In this document: positions 57,721-64,000 of the stretch, piece by piece
How the letters are laid out: the number at the start of each line of letters is the position of its first letter
Numbering within the stretch: position 1 is the stretch's first letter
DNA from: Bacteroidia bacterium
GTDB taxonomy: Bacteria; Bacteroidota; Bacteroidia; Flavobacteriales_D; JAUILH01
Reading direction: 5' to 3'
Assembly: GCA_030433115.1 (NCBI GenBank)
Contig: JAUILH010000004.1
Location: 5,516-69,515 of the forward strand
Length of the DNA stretch: 64,000 bases
Notes under the pieces: model-generated
What the model was told of the DNA's origin: nothing
Database searches by the model: none
Seen by the model: the letters and a program-made list of their open reading frames with translations, nothing else
Translations under genes and position numbers: made by a program

Positions 57721-58845
57721 TTGAAAATTGCTGTTAACACAAGGTTTTTATTAGATGGAAAGCTAGAAGGCTTTGGTCGATTTACGGATGAAATATTCAA
57801 GCGATTAGTACTCAATCATCCCGAACATGAGTTCATTTTTTTGTTCGACAGGCCATTTCACGAGAAGTTTATCTATGCCAAAAATGTAACGCCGGTGGTA
57901 CTGAAACCTCAAGCGCGCCACCCCATCCTTTTTTACATCTGGTTTGAAATAAGTGTGAGGCGTTACTTAACGAAACATGAACCGGACATCTTCGTCTCAC
58001 CTGATGGATATTTGCCCTTAAGATGGAAAGGAAAGGAGCTTGGTGTGATTCATGACCTCAATTTTGAGCATTACCCCAAAGATTTGCCAAAATCTGCTCG
58101 ATGGTATTTGAGACGATTTTTTCCAAAGTTTGCAAAACGGGCAGATCGCATTGCCACAGTATCGGAATATAGTCGTTGGGACATCACTCAAAAATATAAG
58201 GTATCGAAAGACAAGATAGATGTGATTCACAATGCAGCAAGTGGTGATTTTAAGCCGGTTTCTGATGAAGTAAAAGTGTCTGTAAAAAAGACATGGACCA
58301 ACAACAAATCTTATTTCGTATACCTGGGTTCATTGCACCCTAGAAAGAATGTACACAGACTCATTCAAGCGTTTGACCATTTTAAATCAACTACAGAAAG
58401 TGATTATAAATTGGTGATAGTGGGCGATAAATATTGGTTTAACTCAGACATGAAAACAACATTTGAGCAGATGACCTATAAGGAAGATGTGGTTTTTACC
58501 GGACACCTGGATTTTGGGGAAATGGTTCAAGTATTGGCATCCGCTTTTTCCTTGGTTTATGTGAGCTACTTTGAAGGTTTTGGTATTCCGCTAATTGAAG
58601 CCATGAAGTGTAATGTGCCTGTGATCAGTGGAGACAGAACTTCATTGCCAGAAGTTGCAGGAGAAGCTGCAATCATGGTCGATCCTTTTTCGGTTGACGC
58701 AATCTCTGAAGGGATGCAGTTAATGTATCATGACTCCGAGCTCCGAGAAAGATTGATTCTGCGCGGACAAGAAAGACAAGCTCAGTTTTCCTGGGATAAA
58801 TCAGCTCAATTAATGTGGAATTCAATTGAAAAATGCCTTGAGTAA
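57721..58845 (+). CDS. Glycosyltransferase family 4 (GT-B)
   Basis: [38 protein letters not shown]. Confidence 0.93.
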   Translation: MKIAVNTRFLLDGKLEGFGRFTDEIFKRLVLNHPEHEFIFLFDRPFHEKFIYAKNVTPVVLKPQARHPILFYIWFEISVRRYLTKHEPDIFVSPDGYLPLRWKGKELGVIHDLNFEHYPKDLPKSARWYLRRFFPKFAKRADRIATVSEYSRWDITQKYKVSKDKIDVIHNAASGDFKPVSDEVKVSVKKTWTNNKSYFVYLGSLHPRKNVHRLIQAFDHFKSTTESDYKLVIVGDKYWFNSDMKTTFEQMTYKEDVVFTGHLDFGEMVQVLASAFSLVYVSYFEGFGIPLIEAMKCNVPVISGDRTSLPEVAGEAAIMVDPFSVDAISEGMQLMYHDSELRERLILRGQERQAQFSWDKSAQLMWNSIEKCLE

Positions 58846-59443
58846 ATTAGCATTATACCACGAAAAGAATGTTGTTGAAGCAGGTTGCGATGAGGCCGGA
58901 AGAGGCTGTTTGGCAGGTCCCGTTGTAGCTGCTGCCGTGATTTTGCCGCCCAAATTCAAACATCCTTTTCTGAATGATTCTAAACAGCTGACCGAAAAAC
59001 GGAGGGATGAATTGCGACCAATTATCGAATCTGAGGCTGTGGCGTGGGGTGTCTCAATCGTAAGTCATACCGAAATAGATGACATCAACATTCTAAAAGC
59101 CTCTTTCGTGGGTATGCATAGAGCGCTTGATCAATTAACCACTCGGCCAGAATCAATTTTGGTGGATGGCAATCGTTTCATCCCTTATCAGGACATTCCA
59201 TATCACTGTATGATCAAGGGAGATGGTCGTTTCATGTCTATTGCTGCCGCTTCTGTATTGGCAAAAACTCATAGGGATGAGCTCATGGTGAAATTGCATG
59301 AGGCACATCCCATGTATGATTGGCAGAAGAACAAAGGTTACCCCACTAAAGCTCATCGGGAGGCAATTAGACTGCATGGAATTAGTCCACATCACAGAAA
59401 AAGCTTTAGATTGCTGCCCGAACAAATGACACTAGATTTATGA
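58826..59443 (+). CDS. rnhB: Ribonuclease HII
   Basis: [29 protein letters not shown]...[16 protein letters not shown]; the start may be TTG 58838. Confidence 0.96.
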   Translation: MKNALSKLALYHEKNVVEAGCDEAGRGCLAGPVVAAAVILPPKFKHPFLNDSKQLTEKRRDELRPIIESEAVAWGVSIVSHTEIDDINILKASFVGMHRALDQLTTRPESILVDGNRFIPYQDIPYHCMIKGDGRFMSIAAASVLAKTHRDELMVKLHEAHPMYDWQKNKGYPTKAHREAIRLHGISPHHRKSFRLLPEQMTLDL

Positions 59444-60195
59444 AATACCTAAGCGCATTCTCGATATGTATATTGTTGTTAGCATCTTGTGACGATACGA
59501 CGAAAGAACAAAGCGACTCGAAAGATACCAATGAGGAGAAAAACCCGGAGATAGAAACTGACACTAGTGAACAAGTGGTGGATCAAGGCGACTTGAGTGA
59601 ACATAGCACGGATATTCAATTGAAAGATCCATTCGGAACCTACTTTGAAGATTGGATGATGATTCAGAGTTACGATCAGTTGGTCAAAGAATTTGGTGCA
59701 GGCAATGTGACTTTAGATTCAACCTGGGAATACGAGGGCACAGAGCTTAAAATCAGTTCAAAGGTTTTTCTGGATACGGGTAGATTGGTGCGGTATGTTT
59801 GGTCTGATGATAGCAAGTCTCAATTCGAGATGATTGAAACCAACTTAACCCGATATGATGATACCCAGGAAAAAGTTGTTTGGAATGTGCCTATGAAAAC
59901 CCTCGCCGGAGTATCTATGAAAATGAGCTTAAAAGAACTGGAACAGCTCAATGAAGCGCCCATTACTTTCGCAGGTTTCGGATGGGATAATGGTGGTGTC
60001 ATCACTAGCTTTAACAATGGAAAATTAGCGGATGCACCGTTCTCAATCACCCTGGCTCCGATGGATTATTTAGACAATCAACATCCACTAATTGATGACA
60101 AATATGTGGGGGATGTGTTGTTTTCTACCGATGAGAATCCTGAAGTGTTGGAGGAGAATATCGTGGTCTATGGTTTTTATGTGACTAAGCAGTGA
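59440..60195 (+). CDS. Hypothetical lipoprotein
   Basis: Lipobox LASC followed by acidic DDTT; GFGWD motif. Confidence 0.8.
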   Translation: MKYLSAFSICILLLASCDDTTKEQSDSKDTNEEKNPEIETDTSEQVVDQGDLSEHSTDIQLKDPFGTYFEDWMMIQSYDQLVKEFGAGNVTLDSTWEYEGTELKISSKVFLDTGRLVRYVWSDDSKSQFEMIETNLTRYDDTQEKVVWNVPMKTLAGVSMKMSLKELEQLNEAPITFAGFGWDNGGVITSFNNGKLADAPFSITLAPMDYLDNQHPLIDDKYVGDVLFSTDENPEVLEENIVVYGFYVTKQ

Positions 60196-60854
60196 GACCA
60201 TTTATTCTTTTGAGTTTACTTGTTGTAGTGGGACTTTCAGTGGGATGTGACCAGGCCAGCGAAAAACAAGCAGATAAAGTAAGGAATAGAAAGTATGAAG
60301 TTTCAGCTTTGTTCACATATGTTGAAAGAGCCAATCTTAAAAATTCTCCGGGTAATAAGTTGACTCATTTTGGTAAAGATGAGCTTGATCAAAGAACGGA
60401 CTTGCTCACCTCACAACTTGTTTGGAAAATCATGAGAGACAGTCTGCATGTTGAAGAGTCAGAGATCCAGGATTTTAAAATCCACTTTAAGGTCGAATTG
60501 GATAATGAAACAGGCTTATTGCGGTCAACATATTTGTGCAATGATGATACGCAAGGAAAGGACTTAATGAGTCAGTGGTTAGAAACAATTAAATTATTGG
60601 AAAGCATTATGATTGCAGAAAGGACTGCACCTGCATTGAACAAGATTGAATTGGCCATTGAAGAACTTCAAAAGGAATTGGAACAGGCTGAAAAACAAAC
60701 TGACTTCAATGACAAAGAACAAATGAAGGAATGGGCGAACAAAAGGCTTCAAATGATGGATTTAAATACCAAGCGAATGTCTCTTCTTATAAATGTTAAA
60801 ACCGTTTCGCCTAGCATGATTATTCTTGAAAAACCAGAGGCAAAGCGTCTCTAA
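60192..60854 (+). CDS. Hypothetical lipoprotein with coiled coil
   Basis: Lipobox SVGC; helical C-terminus; GTGA overlap with upstream gene. Confidence 0.72.
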   Translation: MRPFILLSLLVVVGLSVGCDQASEKQADKVRNRKYEVSALFTYVERANLKNSPGNKLTHFGKDELDQRTDLLTSQLVWKIMRDSLHVEESEIQDFKIHFKVELDNETGLLRSTYLCNDDTQGKDLMSQWLETIKLLESIMIAERTAPALNKIELAIEELQKELEQAEKQTDFNDKEQMKEWANKRLQMMDLNTKRMSLLINVKTVSPSMIILEKPEAKRL

Positions 60855-60943
60855 AATTGTGCTCCGACAAGTTAACACCCATCTGTTTATACATTTAAAC
60901 GGTTTCATCTGATGCCACCACTCATTGCGGTAATTTTGAGGTG

Positions 60944-63622
60944 ATGCGTTACGTTCGAATGGTCCTCATATTTTTACTTGTCCTTGCCGCAGGAGGGGCC
61001 ATTTATTTGGCGTACGACTATCTGTCTGACGTTCAGGAAAACAAATACAAGACAGAGGATGTACTGCCTGGAAACATCATCCTGGTATATCAAAGTGATA
61101 AAATGATGGACGATTGGCGTAGACTAAATGGAACCAGCGTTCTGTGGGAACAAACCAAGGTCAATCAAATTTTTCCACAAGCCCAGAATCAATTGAGTTT
61201 CATGGATAGTATTTTGATTCAGGACCCCAAGTTGGAGCAATTTCTTAACCAGCATACTGCCACTTTTTCCGTTCACTATTTCGATCAGGAAATAGAGCAC
61301 CTGTTCGCGCTTGAACTAAGTGTGAATGATGACAAAGATCAATTGATATCAGATCTGTTAAATGTGCTTCCCAATACTTATGAAGTAGGAGAAACAACCA
61401 TTTCAAATGTCAAGTTTAAAACCATTCAAGCCGACGGAGAAACCTGGTATTTGGGATTTAACCACAACATTCTTTTGATGTCCAAAAGTGACCATCTCCT
61501 GGAAAAAACATTCAAATCACCAGAGAAAAATAAGACTTTGGCTCAATTGGTGTCTATGAGGGGGACTGGCTTTGATGTGCAAGGCAATCTCTACTTAAAT
61601 TATTCTTTGTTGCATTTGTATTTGAAGAATAATTTGGAAAGATCTCCATTGACCAATCTTGGTCTGAAGGGCTGGTCTTTGAGTGATGTGAATATTGGTC
61701 CGCAGTCCATACAGCTAAGTGGATTACTGAAGTTTGATGAAGACAGTCAACTAGGCAAATTAAGCGACCTACCGGATCGAGATATGTTGATTCACCAGAG
61801 TTTACCTGGCGATATTTCCGCATTCCTGCGAGTAAGTTTACCTGATCATGAATCCAATGCCCAGGTGCTTAAAATGTCTCAAACCACTCAAGCATCATTC
61901 GAACAAGCCATTCTCGACTCGGATTTAAGGTTGAACAGTGACATTGGTCATCAATTGTTTTCATGGTTGGGCAATGAAGCGGCCATCGCCTGGGACCATG
62001 ATCAGAACAAATTTCTGGTCTTTTCTACCGACCCCAGTGTGAGTCGAATAGATGAATTGATTCAGTCTTACGCCAGCGCTTCCCTCAAATTTGAATCAAG
62101 AGATGAAGATACCTCCAGTTACAGAGGTTTTCATATCTGTAATGCGGCTCTCCAGGTTCAATACAGTGCTTTTGGTGGTGCTATCTTTAACATGCCGTCT
62201 GAAGTTTGGTTTGCCAGTAATCAGGAGAATGTCATCTTGGCTGAGTCGAAAGAAAGCCTCAAAAAGTTCATTAAGGGTGCTAAAACAAGTCCGTTGTCAG
62301 AACTCTATGTGGAAGAGATTGAGTCGCTGCTAGCAAGTAAGTCCTTTGGCTTTTTATTCGTTAATCCATCAAGTACGTCTGCCTTTCAAAGCTTCTTGAA
62401 AGAGTCTCAATTGGCGGATCTATTGGAAATCCAGGGTTTTTTGAATGAAATCGGTTTTGTCGGTGTACAACTTGCCAAAGCGAAGAATTCGATTTCCTTG
62501 AATGCCATCATTAATAGCCAACAAAATTTAGTAGCTGATAAGACCGACCTCTGGAATCTGGACATGCCATCAATGATTTCAGGTAAAATAGACCTCATAT
62601 TCAACCACAGAAGCAAAACATACAACTACTTGGTTCAAGATACTGCAAATATGCTTCATTTAGTATCTAATACAGGACAATTAGTTTGGTCAAGACAACT
62701 AGACGGCCCATATCTAGGTCGCGTACAGCAAATTGATATCTACGACAATAAGAAATTACAAATGGTATTGAATACCAGACATAGTGTATACGCAATTGAT
62801 ATTTTAGGTCGCGACCTTAAACACTTCCCGGTAGATTTACCATCATCTGCGAGTGGACCACTGGCCATTTTCGACTATGAACAAAAGCACGAATACAGAT
62901 TGATCATTCCTTCAGGAAAGAAACTTTTAAATTATAATACGGATGGAGAGCAAGTGGGTGGATGGAAATTTGAAGAGGCCGACAACCCAATCAGCTTGAG
63001 TCCAGTTCATGAAGTGATTGAGGGTAAAGACTTTATTTTATTTCCGGATGATTCAGGAAAGGTATACATCCTTAATCGACAAGGCGCCGAAATTGAGCTG
63101 GAAGAACCCATTAAAAACCAATTAAGTGCCTTCAATGGCAAGGCATTTTACATAGAAAAATCCAGTAGTCTAAACACGAGCAAAATCATTTATCTAGATA
63201 CCAATAACACGGTTTACATGCAGTATTTTGGTGGACAGTTGGATAGCATTAATGTGCTTGGGTCTGGTAATAACTATCAGCTCGAATTTGAGGATGTGGA
63301 CGGAGATAATTTTAAGGACTATGTGGTATATGGTGAAGGAAAAATCATGGCATATAGAAAAGACAAACAAAAACTATTTGTAGCCAGACGAAACGGATGT
63401 GACCAAAGCATTGTCCATAAATTCAAATCTAATTGGGTATTTGCTTTGTACGATTCTGAGAACCAGGAGATGTACCTGTTTGATAAACGGGGAGACGCCT
63501 TAAATGAAGACCCACTGTCGTCAACAAAAGCGGTAATTAGAGGAGATTTTAATGACGACGGAGAACTGGAACTGATTTACGGGACACCATCTAATGGACT
63601 AAAGTGCTCATTTCCGAGATAA
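60944..63622 (+). CDS. Large membrane-anchored protein (DUF3352-like N-part, beta-propeller C-part)
   Basis: N-terminal TM anchor; WLGNEAA; QIDIYDNKKLQ, FDYE...YR, DVDGD and DFNDDG repeats. Confidence 0.75.
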   Translation: MRYVRMVLIFLLVLAAGGAIYLAYDYLSDVQENKYKTEDVLPGNIILVYQSDKMMDDWRRLNGTSVLWEQTKVNQIFPQAQNQLSFMDSILIQDPKLEQFLNQHTATFSVHYFDQEIEHLFALELSVNDDKDQLISDLLNVLPNTYEVGETTISNVKFKTIQADGETWYLGFNHNILLMSKSDHLLEKTFKSPEKNKTLAQLVSMRGTGFDVQGNLYLNYSLLHLYLKNNLERSPLTNLGLKGWSLSDVNIGPQSIQLSGLLKFDEDSQLGKLSDLPDRDMLIHQSLPGDISAFLRVSLPDHESNAQVLKMSQTTQASFEQAILDSDLRLNSDIGHQLFSWLGNEAAIAWDHDQNKFLVFSTDPSVSRIDELIQSYASASLKFESRDEDTSSYRGFHICNAALQVQYSAFGGAIFNMPSEVWFASNQENVILAESKESLKKFIKGAKTSPLSELYVEEIESLLASKSFGFLFVNPSSTSAFQSFLKESQLADLLEIQGFLNEIGFVGVQLAKAKNSISLNAIINSQQNLVADKTDLWNLDMPSMISGKIDLIFNHRSKTYNYLVQDTANMLHLVSNTGQLVWSRQLDGPYLGRVQQIDIYDNKKLQMVLNTRHSVYAIDILGRDLKHFPVDLPSSASGPLAIFDYEQKHEYRLIIPSGKKLLNYNTDGEQVGGWKFEEADNPISLSPVHEVIEGKDFILFPDDSGKVYILNRQGAEIELEEPIKNQLSAFNGKAFYIEKSSSLNTSKIIYLDTNNTVYMQYFGGQLDSINVLGSGNNYQLEFEDVDGDNFKDYVVYGEGKIMAYRKDKQKLFVARRNGCDQSIVHKFKSNWVFALYDSENQEMYLFDKRGDALNEDPLSSTKAVIRGDFNDDGELELIYGTPSNGLKCSFPR

Positions 63623-63651
63623 ACGATTGCAATTTATTGAAAATCAATAAT

Positions 63652-63659
63652 TACCTTTG
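63652..63659 (+). promoter_or_regulatory. Bacteroidota -7 promoter element TACCTTTG
   Basis: Consensus TAnnTTTG ending 18 nt before ATG 63678. Confidence 0.6.
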
Positions 63660-63677
63660 CGACTTAAATCTGTTTGT

Positions 63678-64000
63678 ATGCGCCTGGTAGTTTCAATTTG
63701 TTTGCTATTTCTGATTAATCTGACTGTTTTTTCGCAGAATTTTTTAGGTGTTAATCAAAGTAATTATTCGGGAATTACACGATTTGAATTACAACCGGCT
63801 TCTATTGCCGATAACCGCCTGAAGTTTGACATGAACCTTTTAGGAACAAGTGTTGGATTCTATAACAACTTCTTAAGCATGAAAGCGGGCAGCATGCGTC
63901 AAATGATTTTCGAAGAAACTGATTCCGCTTTTTGGGATAACAATGTTAGCCAGAATTACAACGGAGACTCCAAGTCTATTTACATGAATTGGGACATTCA
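63678..64000 (+). CDS. DUF5723-like outer membrane protein, N-terminal part (runs off window edge)
   Basis: Not in ORF track. MRLVVSICLLFLINLTVFS-QNFLGVNQSNYSGITRFELQPASIADNRLKFDMNL... stays open to the window end. Confidence 0.75.
   Translation, partial: MRLVVSICLLFLINLTVFSQNFLGVNQSNYSGITRFELQPASIADNRLKFDMNLLGTSVGFYNNFLSMKAGSMRQMIFEETDSAFWDNNVSQNYNGDSKSIYMNWDI

Overview
A gene-dense (about 60 CDS) chromosomal segment of a Bacteroidota bacterium, most likely Flavobacteriales. This assignment rests on T9SS cargo with PorP/SprF, a MurF-Alr fusion, the tRNA-Ser-exbB-exbD-exbD block and TAnnTTTG promoters. Most genes are housekeeping or envelope genes (dprA, kdsB, hemJ, tatD, ansA, dusB, rbfA, hflX, tdk, lysC, rsmA, rnhB). 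Accessory surface and signalling genes lie at about 30-37 kb and 44-54 kb. I saw no integrase, transposase, prophage, rRNA or CRISPR array. The most striking observation is absent from the ORF track. A lipoprotein cytochrome c gene (25191-24859, minus) ends in an A9-GC-A7 tract, and an intact second CxxCH domain continues in the -1 frame. That domain has no ATG/GTG/TTG before its CxxCH and no signal peptide, and its stop overlaps the hflX start (TAATG). This could reflect recoding or phase variation, or a homopolymer error. Other leads are a signal-peptide-bearing phospho-His/ATP-grasp dikinase-like protein, an ECF sigma with an anti-sigma-TonB_C fusion, a small T9SS protein paired with a fibre-like protein, apparently leaderless genes and REP-like hairpins. 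All calls come from reading motifs by eye; no database searches were run.
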